A stretch of 62,847 nucleotides of DNA from Rhina ancylostomus. Its lineage: Eukaryota. The position numbers were made by a program, and so were the translations under genes. Below the pieces are notes generated by a model. That model did no database searches. It was not told the origin of the DNA and saw nothing but the letters and a program-made list of their open reading frames with translations. The stretch spans positions 44,849,967 to 44,912,813 of the forward strand of contig JARFYF010000052.1 in NCBI GenBank assembly GCA_030265395.1, given 5' to 3'. Each line of letters begins with the position of its first letter. The first letter of the stretch is position 1. This document shows positions 1 to 11,640 of the stretch, piece by piece.

Positions 1-195
1 GAAGGGTCATATTCTGCATGGTGGTTGGTGACCAGTGGGGTACCTCAGGGATCTGTTCTGGGACCCTTACTCTTTGTGATTTTTATAAACAACCTGCATG
101 AGGAAGTAAGGGATGGGTTAGTAAGTTTGTGGATGACATAAAGGTTGGGGGTGTTGTGGATAGTATGGGGGGCTGTCAGAGATTATAGCGGGACA
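1..195 (+). mobile_element. CR1-clade LINE, reverse transcriptase fragment (cut by window start)
   Basis: Translates ..[23 protein letters not shown].., then after a frameshift [14 protein letters not shown] (decayed QGSVLGP and FADD motifs). A separate CR1 3' tail follows at ~224-313. Confidence 0.9.
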
Positions 196-574
196 ATTGG
201 AGAACTGGCACAGAAGAGGAGAGGAGGTCAGGGGCAGATCAGCCATGACCATGTTGAATGACAGAGTGGGATTGGGGGATGAGTCGGCTTCTCCTGCTTC
301 TATTTTCAGTTCTTAATGCACTTATATTGTTTTTACAGACTAATGAAATGAAGAAAATCTTAGGGTTAAATTAGGTAAAGGCCAAATTGAATCCAAAATT
401 AAAAGAAAAGCAAACTAGATATCTGAAATAAATATTCAATTCCATTCAGGTTTCACTTGGCAGGTCAGTTTATCTTTATCTTTTGGATGCTTGGTTCAGT
501 CATAAAAGAAGAGACTGTTTTTGAAAAGAAGCTCTTTAGACTTGTAGTTTAAACACAAACTCAAAGGAGGCCAG

Positions 575-990
575 TAAGTTCATTATAGACAGCCGCTGTT
601 CAATATGTAATTGATCCGTGGCTGCTGCACAATGGTTAATAATCACTTAACAATGTGTCTGCTTTGCAACGTTTTCACCAACAATGTGTCTGCAGAAAAT
701 ATGCTGGATTGGACTCATGTTGAATAAAATCTCATTTTATCCACGGAGGCAAACACCAAGTATATAAATTGTTTATCGCACAGAACAGTGGTGCCTATGT
801 CACTTCAACACTCAGAAAACTCAGTGGCAGAGTAGTTGGTTATATTTCTTCCCTTTTACTGGAAAATAATCTGCATTGTTTTTCTTCATTTGTGCTTTGC
901 AACTTTGTTCAGCAAAGTACAAATCTGAAATGGTTGCAACTGATGTTTGCAGCAGCAACAAGCCAGTTTATTAGGAAATCATTCTTGTTT
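575..990. promoter_or_regulatory. Candidate enhancer-like non-coding element with SOX-type sites
   Basis: No TE recognised; AACAATGTGTCTGC repeated at 649-662 and 680-693; CACAATGG at ~628; retained CpGs. Function is inferred only. Confidence 0.3.
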
Positions 991-2199
991 TGGTAACTGA
1001 GTGATATTTTAAAATATAATAAATAGTGAGACAATGTTGCCTGAAACAACAATTCACAACAACAAAATTAAACATTTACATCAATGAATGCAGCATGCAT
1101 CTGGTAATGTATCACGGTTCATTACAAGAGCTAAAGAAACAGAAAGATATTAAAAAAATAGCATTAGTATAATCATAGCATTTCTATAGAGGCAGCACCA
1201 TAACTGCCAGCATTTAGGAAGGGTAATTGTGCAAACCTACAAAGCATCCAACTAAACATTTATCTTTTCAGTTACCAGATGGCCCCATTGAGAGAAAAAT
1301 TAGTTCCATGGATCGACTGTCTGTGTGCTTCATTTGCTTACTTTTGCTGGATAAAGCTACATCAGTGACTCAGATGGTTATAAAGCACCTGCTCTGCAAA
1401 TTAAATGAACAAAAAATGTGAAAGGAATGAAAGGGAAATGCTTTTGTCATCAGGTTAAAGGGCTTCCTGAAACAGTAGCCTTAAGACTTGGCCACAAGAC
1501 ACATGTTTTCAGGGTCTGAAATGACCTACAATGTCCCAGATATGGGCTGGGAAGATGTGGGTACACTTTGGAGTTCAAATATGTCACCTGATATATTGGT
1601 AGAAGGGGTCACACTGGCAGCAGAGCACATACTGTATTGGCAGCACTCTGAGCTCTGCATAATGTATTTAAATTATGGACCTGCACTTAATATCAGGTCT
1701 GCTTTTCATTGGATCAACCCATTATTTTATTTGCCAGGTGCGGATCTTGTGCAGCTCAATATAGCACAAAACGGCACAAAAAAATCCATACCAGCGCTCT
1801 ATGAAACTATCGTGCGTTACTTATATTTCTGGCTATCACTTGAGTTCATGGTGGTTTATGGTGTATTGTATTGCTCTGGAAAGTTCACAGACCTGCATGG
1901 AAAGCTTTTTGCTGAACTTGTACTGTTGTTGCCCCCTGCAGACATGGGCATGGGCTGCATCAGTGTAGTGTGTTGGGAACTTGAAAATGAGGGAAAGCAA
2001 CAAGGAAGCTGCCATTGAGAAGAAAAGGGCCAGAAGAGAGGGGAGGAGGAGGAGAAGAAAGAGGAGGAAGAGAGTCATGACTAGGGTGCCCTTTCCAGAG
2101 AGAGTCTCTCACTGAGGCTATGCTGTACCCAGAACACCAGACAATGTACCAGAGTTTGGATGGCATTGATTGTGGCTGTCAAGTTTACAAGGTTACACT

Positions 2200-2541
2200 G
2201 TCAGCACAGTGGTGCAGCTAGTAGAGCCACTATCTCACAGTGCCAGAGAGCTGTGTTCAATCTTGACGTCGGGTGCTCTGTGTGTGGAGTTTGCATATTC
2301 TCCCTGTGACCACGTGGGTTTCCTCTGTGTGCTCCAATTTCCTGGAGTGGTAGGTTAATTGGCCACTTTAATTTGTCCCTGGTATGTAGGTGAGTGGTAG
2401 AAACTCAGGGGATGATGAGAATTTGTGAACAACAAAAAACGGATTAGTGTAGGATTTGTGCAAATGGATGGTTGATGGTCAGCATAGACTTGTTGAGTGA
2501 AGGGCCTATTTGCTTGCTGTATCTCTCTGTGACTCCATGAC
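2200..2541 (+). mobile_element. tRNA-derived SINE (HE1/V-SINE-like) with CR1-type tail
   Basis: A-box-like TGGTGCAGCTAG, B-box-like GTTCAATC, core GTGTGGAGTTTGCATATTCTCCCTGTGAC..GGGTTTCC, tail GAAGGGCCT..GCTGTATCTCTCTGTGACTC. Confidence 0.85.
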
Positions 2542-2989
2542 GTGGTTTCCTTTCAGACTGCAAAAGATGAGATGTACATCTCGCTTTTTTGCCTGTGAGA
2601 ATCTCATCTGTTTTTGTCTGTGAGAATCTCATTTCCTTATAGATTGGCTCCTGTAACTGATAATAAATCTTATCCTAATTCTGATTCAAGCAAAGACAAA
2701 TGTCTAGAAGATTAGAATATATTATATCTTCACAGTGTAAGGTCCCTGTTTAGATAGCATTTATACTATTATGTGTAGATCCAGGGGAAAAACTTGCAAT
2801 GTTCTTACCACAGAATCTGTTTATTACCTGCAATTCTTCGGTCCCCGTGATCTGCCTCTTATCTTGTGACCCATCCAGTTCCATGCAATCTCTATCCTCT
2901 CTGATATGTGAGGAGATCACATTTTAATATTTTAAATCACGAGCATGCTGAAGCCCGACGTAAGCCGGGGACAGAGAGGACCACTTCAC

Positions 2990-3125
2990 AGACTACCCTC
3001 CCACCTATCCCATCAGCCACTACTTGCCCATATTGGGTTGATGAGCTCCCTTTAGAACCCATAAAGCCAGAGTGGAAGTAAATCATCCTCCTTCCTGAGG
3101 GACTGCCTTAGAAGAAAAGGAAGAT
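2990..3125 (+). mobile_element. RTE-clade LINE 3' end remnant
   Basis: GAGTGGAAGTAAATCATCCTC..GAGGGACTGCCTTAGAAGAA resembles the reverse complement of the 3' end of the RTE copy at 47672-48770. Confidence 0.6.
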
Positions 3126-4972
3126 AGCATCCAATAACGTGGTTAGTCTTCTGGGCAAAAAAAGTTTTTTTTAAGGGCTCCCACTGCCCAAATGAGGCAA
3201 TTACTCTCCTGATTGTGAACCCAAAATTCAACTAATGAATCCTAGTAACCACTTACCAGTACTGTCTAGAGCGGAGTTTGAATTCTATATCTTGAGAGGT
3301 GAAAAAAATCGTCATTAAGGCAAAAGTTTGGTCCAATTTATTGCTGTACTTCTGGCTTATGAAAAAGATGGATTCATTGTGTAATTGTACCAGATTTCAG
3401 GGTTGTCCACTGTAACTTGGCCAAAAAAGTCCACAGTAATCCCAGCGGAACAGTTTACGCGATTTTTCCGGGATTATTGTGGATCTTGGATGAATGACAG
3501 AATCATGGTGAAATAATACCATGGTGACAGTCACTAATTTCAAACTTAACAACCAAAAATGGTTAATAATAAAAGAATACACGCAGGAGTGAAATGAATC
3601 AAGGGATCCTGCACCAAATATGTAACAGTAATATTCCAGAACAACAAAGGTCCTAAAATTTCCACAGTCTTCTCAGTTTATCTACTAACCATTGCTGAAC
3701 TGCAAGTTTCCACAAACTTACCAGCACTAATGCTGGGAAATCAGTCGTCTGAATCTGTGCCAGGTCAACCTGAAATATGAAGAAACATGAAGAACTCTCC
3801 ATTGTTAACAACTTTAATAAACAATGGAGTAAACTTTAGTCTACTGCAATCTCAGCAAAGAGCTTAATGCTCCTGGCATATGAATTTCTGCATCGGGAGC
3901 ATTAGCCCCAATGAGTCAAGCCAAACAAGGTTTGACTTAATTAAATTTGGATCCCAGACAGTCGCTTGAGCACTTTTCCCTCATGATTCAGAAATCAATT
4001 ACTGCTTTTAGAAATGCAGTTAGCTGACATTGCAAATGCTTGCCTTTAACTTTCCTGTGCTTTGGCCTAGCTAAGAATTCAAATGAAAAGTGAAATGCAA
4101 CAATAGTTTATGATATTATGTAGAGCAGATCCTCACATCCATTACTATCGCCAACATTTCCAGAAGCTGAGGAATTGTTCCCATGTCTTATTACAACAGC
4201 TGTAATAAGTTTTGTTTCTGAATCTTCCACCAACATTTTCATCATTTCACAACTTCTGCAGTGACAGATTTTGGGAGAAGCAGTTTTGGGGAGGACTCCA
4301 TCTTTCGAAGGGCCATGTAATGATTGGAATCTTGGCTGGCAGCCAAATATTGTTATTAGTTTGGCTGAACTTTTTCTTTGCTCTATATTTTGAACTGGTC
4401 AAACCATTTCTGATTCTCTTTTCCCACAGCTGTGACAAAATATTATGAATTTACTTTAGCTTTCAGCATGGTTCAGGAGGGCCCCTGCAAGAGAATGTGA
4501 GCATTGCCAGGTACTTTAAGTTCTAGACATTGTAGAGTTGAGGAAGACATTCTGAGACAATGATTAAAACAATCATCTTGAGACCAGGCATGGGAACAAA
4601 TAAGTAGCAGGGTTTGCTAGCTACTGCGACTGTGTTACAGATAAGTAACTATATGATTGTAATGTTAGATACCTCTGAATTAATGGAGAACATGCCACAC
4701 ATGATAAAGTCTGACTTCTATTCAGATGCATGCTGACATTCACTCACGTGGCTATTGAAAGCTTTGGTACTCACCATGGCACACCTGACCTGCTGTCACC
4801 AAACAAGGGCTGGTTCAAATGTGTTGGCTGTTTGATCTCAGAAAACTGACCTTTCCTTTCTTGGGAGGAATGTTCAATATATAGCTCCAAAATGACATGA
4901 CTGGCAATTGCCATTCAGAAGTAATTGAATATAATGGTAATGAATATAGGAAGAATTCTGTTCATGATTGGC

Positions 4973-5342
4973 CAACACACAAGATACTGGAGGAACTCAA
5001 TGGGTCTGGCAGCATCAGTGGAGGAACACAGGCACAAGAGATTCTGCAAATGCTGGAATCTGGAGCAACACAGACAAAGTGCTGGAGGAACTCAGCAGGT
5101 CAGGCAGCATCTATGGAGGGAAATAAACAGTCAACGTTTTAGGTCGAGACCCTCATCTAGGCTGAAAGATTGGGGGAGATAGATAATATAAAAAGGTGGA
5201 GGGAAGGGGTGGAGCAAGAGCTGGCAGGCAATAGGTAGATCCAGGTGAGGTGGGTAGAGCGGAAATAGCTGCAGAAGCTGGGAGGTGATAGATAAAGGTG
5301 ACAAAGGGCTGAAGGTGATGGAATATGATAGGAGAGGAAGAT
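4973..5342 (-). mobile_element. Penelope-like element terminal repeat/3' region with partial tandem duplication and decayed hammerhead motif
   Basis: CTGGAGGAACTCA..GGCAGCATC occurs twice (~4988, ~5082). Reverse complement of 5128-5164 reads CAGCCTAGATGAGGGTCTCGACCTAAAACGTTGACTG. Confidence 0.75.
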
Positions 5343-6966
5343 CTGTCAATAGTTGGTCAGTTGGCTTTTTCCTTACTGGAAGCAAGATGGCTAGACCTGT
5401 CACATAGGTTTCACAAGTTGCTCAAGATAACTTTGAAACCAATATCTCAGTGATTAGCAGGCCTGGATATCATTCTGAACTGCAATTAGTCAGAGGAATC
5501 AAATGGTGGTGGATCTCTCAGAGTTTGTTGCTCCATTCCGGCTGACTACTTTGGATATCAGTGATGAGAACTTTTAACTAACACAATTGTTAAACTTATC
5601 ATTAGATCCCAAATGTACTGTCTTCCCTTAGAGGAAAGTATTATCCAGAGTGTAGGAAGTTCAACAATTTGTTGCTCATAGTTCTTCTACAGTCTGATAA
5701 TAGATAAAATAAAAACTCTTATAATTTCTTCGAAACATAATGTCAATCCTCTGTTATGTATTTATATCTATGGCTACATGGGATTTTATCCTTCAAAAAT
5801 CTTCTTTCAGTTATTATTTTTCTGCAAAATATGCTGAAGTAGACATTTTTATCAACTGTTCAGTGATAATTTAACCTTTCTATTATGTCAAATAAACAAA
5901 CTACTCTTGTACATGAGTTTTTTTTATGATGTAACCCATAACTAAATTAATTCTAAACTGGGAATAAAACACTTCCATCATTCTACTTAGAACTTCTCTT
6001 ATTTCAGCCCCTTTACAGGAGAGTTCTGACATTTCCTTTAAGTTCTGCTTCTTGTTGGTTGATTTAGATGGCAATGAATTATTTCAATGAAATTATTAAG
6101 TCAAAAGAACTTGAGCACCTATTTTATATGTGATTTGATAGACTACATTGGTATAACTTGTGTTTAGGATTCATGAGTTAAGTAACCGTTACCTGGAATT
6201 TGATCGTAGTCTTCATTCATTCTATTTTCACCAAATGCTAACTTCACTAACATGTCCATTTATTATGATATCCTCTTTTGGGCATCGTTGAATGCTGCTA
6301 ATTAGCAGAGCAACATTTTCTTCAGATTCAGTTTTGTTCCAAAGGTTTATAACAATGTCCAGAATAGCTTCCCGTACCCACCATTTAAACTGGATATAGA
6401 AATAATGTCTAGAAATTGAGCTACACGCCCATGTAAAACTGATTTTACCTGGACTGATATGCATTAGCAATCACCTCCATGTGAAATCTCAAACTACACA
6501 AAATTGGACTGGATGCTTCTAGTCTGCATCCAGATGAAGTCAGATATGTAGGCAATCATGTAACTGATTTAGCACCATACCTTTCAGCCAGTAGGGACTA
6601 AAATTGAACCTCTCATATCATTAGAAACACTGTTGTTATGACAGTCACAAAAACACAAGGAGTATAACCAGCAAAGGCAGGGGACTTTGAAATGGGGATT
6701 GAAGAGTCCCCATTCTAACATCAAAGTATTGTGCACAGTGTCCAGCAAATACATATTGTAATGCTTACAATATTTGGTTCTTCAATGACCATAGCCTTTT
6801 TAGTTCATACACTTCAGTTCCACACACTGTGATTTCTATCCCATTAATGATCATCCTACACTTCACACTGGCGTGGAGCCACTTGTGGCATGGGACTGCA
6901 TCAGAGCAGATGATTGTGTGGGCGATGCCCACACACACTGAGGAGAGCTGAGTACCCACTTCTCCA

Positions 6967-7185
6967 CATGAGAACACAGGAAAATAGGAGCAGGAGTAGG
7001 GCACCATCTCCTTCATTCAACATGATCATGGCTGATCTATGCTGGTCTTACCTCTTCCTCTAAGCCAAATCTCCAAAGCCCTCAATCTCCTGATTTTTCA
7101 AAAATTTACCTATCTCGGCTTTAAATGTCTAATGAGCGGGCCTCAATAACTGTTTGCGGATGAAAATTCCAAAGGTCCACACCCA
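6967..7185 (-). mobile_element. CR1 LINE 3' tail
   Basis: AAATAGGAGCAGGAGTAGG..ATCATGGCTGATCT; same tail family as 224-313 (opposite strand) and 33035-33268. Confidence 0.75.
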
Positions 7186-7499
7186 TGAGTGCTCCATATT
7201 TCCCCCAACTGCATCGCAGTCTTTATGCAGCTGGCCTGGGGCTGCCACGGAGAGAGGTCTGTTACGGTCTGTCTAATTACTCAGTGATTAGCCTACCAAT
7301 GATACCACAGTTGTGAATTGTCCATCCGGGAAACACTCAGGTCAAGACTTATTGTGTCATTCAAGGCAGGGACTATATTAGTGTGTTTTCAAAGCACCTT
7401 TCATCTGCATTAGCAGTTTTTAGGAAGAACTTGATCTGGCCCTCCCATATCCTAAAAATGTGCAGTTTGGTTGATTAAATGGTCATTTATAAATTAATC

Positions 7500-7720
7500 C
7501 TAGTATGTAGATAGTGGTAGAGACTTGTAGCAGGGTGGGAGTGGCTGATAAGACATGCAACTGAAGACATATTGTGTCTTGAAGGGTGAAGGAATTGATG
7601 GGAACGTGGAAGAAAAAATGGCTTAGGGGAGGTTAGAGTAAAAATGGGTACTTTATGTTTGCCAATAACTAGGTGGGCCAAAGCGCCTGCCTCTGTGCTG
7701 GATGTCTCTACAGTTCCATG
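7500..7720 (+). mobile_element. Degenerate CR1 LINE 3' end
   Basis: GGTGGGCCAAAGCGCCTGCCTCTGTGCTG tail motif shared with other CR1 3' ends in the window. Confidence 0.5.
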
Positions 7721-8042
7721 GAAACGCAACTGATAACAGATTATAATACTAGTAATACTTCCTCTCCTCCCTTGCTCAAGCTCATTCGACTCCCATTCCC
7801 CAATCCTTTGCCCATGACTCATCTCCTGAGAAGTAGCCCTCTCCATCACCCTTCCCTACACTGCTTTCCGACTTCCAAGGAATAACACTCCTACAGATTC
7901 CCAATTGTTTTCATCATGCCTGTTGCACCTGGGTCACTGCTCTGTTGAATGCAGTGATATCACCAAGCTGGAGGCATCTCTGTGGTGGCTGCAGTTAATA
8001 AGAGGAGTACTGTTGTGACAGGAAATTTAAAGCATAATATTA

Positions 8043-8104
8043 GTCATAGAGTCATGGCATCATAGAGTCATGGCGTCATAGAGTCATGGCGTCATAGAGT
8101 CATG
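8043..8104. repeat. 16-bp tandem repeat (TCATAGAGTCATGGCG), about 3.8 units
   Basis: Directly visible; the unit contains the CATAGAGT octamer seen at minus-strand CR1/SINE 3' ends. Confidence 0.9.
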
Positions 8105-8670
8105 AAGCACAAAACAATCCTTTGCCTTGGCTCCTAGCTCTGGTTAAGGAATATCCACACACCATTATGCAAAATCTCCCTGTACAGCACGTCCATTGCA
8201 TCTCAAGAATTCACCAAGGCACAGTCCATTAAAACTGAAGGATGGAAGTCACAGGCTGAGTACTGATTTCCTGGGGTATTTACCTAGACATCACCCAATC
8301 ACAAAATCACCCATAGGATTTCTGCAGCCAGCAACTAAAAGTCTTTGTTTGATTGCTTTTGCTTCCTTCTGCAGTCTGCTAGACTTTTGACGTCCTGGCT
8401 ACAGTAATATTCTTTCTAGTTATCCAGAATTGACATTTGAGTGGCTATTAGTCTTCACTATTTTTCCATTATTTTAGCTTTGACCTTCTTATTTAACATT
8501 TTGGTTGAGAACTTGCTGTATATTTTTCTCGTCAGGGTAGATTTTCTTTCCACATTACTTAAAAGAGTTCCTTCCCTGATATTGTTTTCTAATTTGCTTC
8601 CACTTTACCTTCTGCAAGTTCCTTTGATTGCCTCCTACTTTGACCTCAGAGGGAGTCTTAGCTCTGTGTT

Positions 8671-9025
8671 GATGGCACAGTGGTGCAGGTAATAGGGCTG
8701 CTGCCTCAGAGCTCCAGGGATTTGGGTTGAATCCCGATATGTGCTGCAGAGTGTGTGGAGTTAGCACATTTTCTCTGTGACTGTGTGGTTTCGCCCAGAT
8801 GCTCCGGTTTCCTCCCACATTTTCAAAGATGGGCAGATTTGTATTTAATTGGGCACCAATAAATTGCTCCTAGTGTGTGGGTGACTAGTCAAATCAAAGG
8901 TGGGAGGACTTGATGGGAATGCGGAGAAAATAAAATAGGATTTGTGTAGCTTCAGTATAAATGGGTGCTTGACGATCATCATAGACTTGGTGGGCTGAAG
9001 GGCTGTTTCCATGCTGTATGACACC
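8671..9025 (+). mobile_element. tRNA-derived SINE (HE1/V-SINE-like) with CR1-type tail
   Basis: GGCACAGTGGTGCAG head, GGGTTGAATCC B-box, GCTCCGGTTTCCTCCCACAT core, GGGCTGAAGGGCTGTTTCCATGCTGTATG tail. Confidence 0.85.
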
Positions 9026-10070
9026 ATTCTGCATGCAGTGGAGAGTGTTTGAAAAATAAAGCAAAGTAGGAATAAGGGGGAATAAATGAAGGACTGAGAA
9101 ACACTGCCAGGGAAGCTAAATTGAGAATTAAAGCAAAATAAGCAGACAAACAAGACAAGGAAATCTGAAAAGAAAACAAAATGAACGAAAAATTCAATTT
9201 AAAAATGAATGAAGAGCCTGAAGGAAACCCCTACTCTTTCCTGCTTTATGCAGAAGACAGGAGGGTCCGTCATAATTGACTAAAATTGACTGAAACTAAT
9301 CCTAAACACTGAGGTACTAACATAAAGGACAGATTCAAATAGCTGCCTCGGGGCATTATTTATTGCTCTGTTTTTCAGAGTAAGCTTTAAATGATTTGAA
9401 TGTTCTTGTGCTTGACATAAGGACCCTGTACTGGGTAGATGTTTTTTAACTTCTGTCACTGAATGGATTTTCAGATGTTATTAAATTAATAAAAATGCTT
9501 CTGTTTTGATAAATTCTGCCTTTTGTTACAAGACGTATTTGTCTCTGCTGCTGAATGTGTTCATTCAGTTACATTGCATGGACATTCATATAATCAATAT
9601 AACAAAAGAACTGTACCTTACAGAGTGCTTTGGCATCTTGCAAGGTACAAAACTTGTTTGAAAGTAGCTGTCATTTGTGACTCAGAATTTTGCAGATTTT
9701 GAGATTTCCTTAAATTGCAGATAAATATATTTGGCTGATTCAGCAATTCATTGAAACTAAATTAAGTATAAGAAAACAAATAAGCAAAGCTGGCAGGAGC
9801 ATGAGGAGAGTTTATGGCAGTTTAGCAAGAGACTAGCTATTAGATTACACAGTGGAAAGCAACAACAATGTTCATTTACTTAATTATCAGTAGTAGAGAA
9901 ATATTGCTCCAGGCACTTTGCAAAAGCCTGAGAAAAAATAGGTTGCTGAGGAAAAGGATGAGATATTAAGAATGGAACTGGGTTAAAGTGGTGTGGTTTA
10001 AGTTCATTCTTAAAGGAAAACAGGGACTTGAAGTCCTGAAGGAGCTTATGAAGGGCATTTCAAAAGATGG

Positions 10071-10272
10071 AGCAACATTGTCAGAGCATTCCTTGGAAGT
10101 TGGCAACATTGGAGCAACAGCAGATTGCTATCTGCTCGAGGAACTCAGTGAGTTGAGCAGCATCTGTGGAGAGGAAGGAATTGTCAGCGTTTCAGGGAAT
10201 CTCTGCATGAGTTCCTCTAGCAGATTGTTTGTTGCTCCCAGATTCCAGCACCTGCAGGCTCTTGTGTCTCCG
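10071..10272. mobile_element. Penelope-type short insertion with inverted halves and 13-bp TSD
   Basis: TTTCAAAAGATGG at 10058-10070 and 10273-10285; inside, GAGGAACTCA is followed by its complement TGAGTTCCTC..CAGATTCCAGCACCTGCAG. Confidence 0.75.
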
Positions 10273-10410
10273 TTTCAAAAGATGGGTTTTACATGGTTGA
10301 AATAATGGTTGATAATGATAGAAGGAAGGAAGTAGGAGGAGTTTGTTCAATATGCTAGAATCACAGGAATGGAGAAACAATTGTGGCTCAGCAGGTCACA
10401 GTATCATAGA

Positions 10411-10535
10411 TGATAAGACAAGATATTTTTATTTGTCACATGTACATCGAAACACAGTAAAATGCATCTCTTGTGTAGAGTGTTCTGGGGGCAGCCCGCA
10501 AGTGTCACCACGTTTCCGGCACCAACGTAGCATGC
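10411..10535 (-). mobile_element. 5'-truncated SINE with Rex1/Babar-type tail, at the 3' end of a CR1
   Basis: Closely similar to 40190-40310; CATAGA at 10405-10410 and 10536-10541 may be a TSD or part of the CR1 tail repeat. Confidence 0.75.
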
Positions 10536-11235
10536 CATAGAGTTGTACAACATGGAAGTAGTCCCTTCGGCCCACCATGTTCATGCTGGCCTTTCAGCCC
10601 ATCTACCCTGTTTCCCATTTGCCCGTGTTAGGCCTATATCCTTCTATGCCTTGCCTATTTTAGTGCCTGTCCAAATATCTCTAATATGTAGTGATTATAA
10701 CTGATTCCACCACTTCAAAATCAGATATCAATCAGTCTCTATGTAAAGAAATCCCCTGTAAAGCTCCTACCTCTCACCTTAACCTATGGCCTCTTATTTT
10801 TGATACCCTTAACATGGGAAAAAGTTTCTGACTAGCTATCCTATCTATGCCTCAAGTTTTATATACCTCTATCAGGTCACCACTCAGCCTTCTTTCCTTC
10901 AAAGAAAACAAAACCAGCCTATCTAACCTTTCCCCTGAACTAAAGTCCTTCAATCCACTGCACTCTCTCCATTGCAATCACATCTTTATGAGGTGACCAG
11001 AACGGCACAAAATACTCAAGTATGGTCCAACCAGAATTTTGTAAACTTGCAACATAATGACCCATCTTCTATGTTCTATGCCCTGATCAATGCAAGCAAG
11101 CGGGCCGTGTGCCTTCTTCATCACCCTATCCACCTGTGCTGCCATTTTCAGGGAATCCTGGACTTAAACCTCAGGATGCCTCTGTTCATCAACATTGCTT
11201 AGTTCTCTGCCATCTACTATCTGTGACCTGCATTG
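10536..11235 (-). mobile_element. CR1 LINE 3' part (ORF2 end plus 3' UTR), decayed
   Basis: CCCTTCGGCCCACCATG tail; ATACCTCTATCAGGTCACC, the complement of the conserved R-G-D-L-I-E-V-Y-K codons. Confidence 0.85.
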
Positions 11236-11269
11236 TTTACTTGTACTCCGGAAGGGCACATCCAAGCAT

Positions 11270-11640
11270 CAGAAACATCAGTCCAATGGCTCCACCAAAT
11301 GACAGGCTGATCAAAGCTGGAAGACGTAAAGTGACAAAACACAAATAAATGAGCCGCAGAAGTTAGTCTGTGAATTAGCAACAAACACCCAGCTAACTGC
11401 ACACTGGGTATAATTCTTTCTGATCTACAAATGTTTATAACATGCGCAATTTAAATTAGTTTCGAGTATCTGTAAATGCCTTTGATACAACTTCCAACAG
11501 ACCAGGGACCCCGCCCCAGCGGTCACAGAAATAAACAGGTTTGGATTCATTTCACATTTGTAGATGGTGGGCGTGGGGAAGGCGGGGAGGTGCAGGGCGG
11601 AGGCTGGAGTGAGGAGTGAACAAGCTGAGGTGGGGATGAG
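11270..11640. promoter_or_regulatory. Candidate regulatory element: TCF/LEF, MEIS and FOX motifs plus a GC-box cluster
   Basis: ATCAAAG 11310, CTTTGAT 11480, TGACAG 11300, CCCCGCCCC ~11509, GGGCGTGG/GGCGGGG/GGGCGG 11569-11600; CpGs retained. Confidence 0.35.

Noticed and set aside
1488-2018. 176-aa plus-strand ORF
   Set aside because: Starts at TTG, has no recognisable domain or splice context, and is consistent with a chance ORF.
2200-2275. tRNA-like sequences at SINE heads
   Set aside because: A/B-box remnants run straight into the SINE core and give no intact cloverleaf.
6915-6935. Perfect 9-bp hairpin TGTGTGGGC-GAT-GCCCACACA
   Set aside because: Expected by chance in 63 kb, especially with TG/CA-rich arms.
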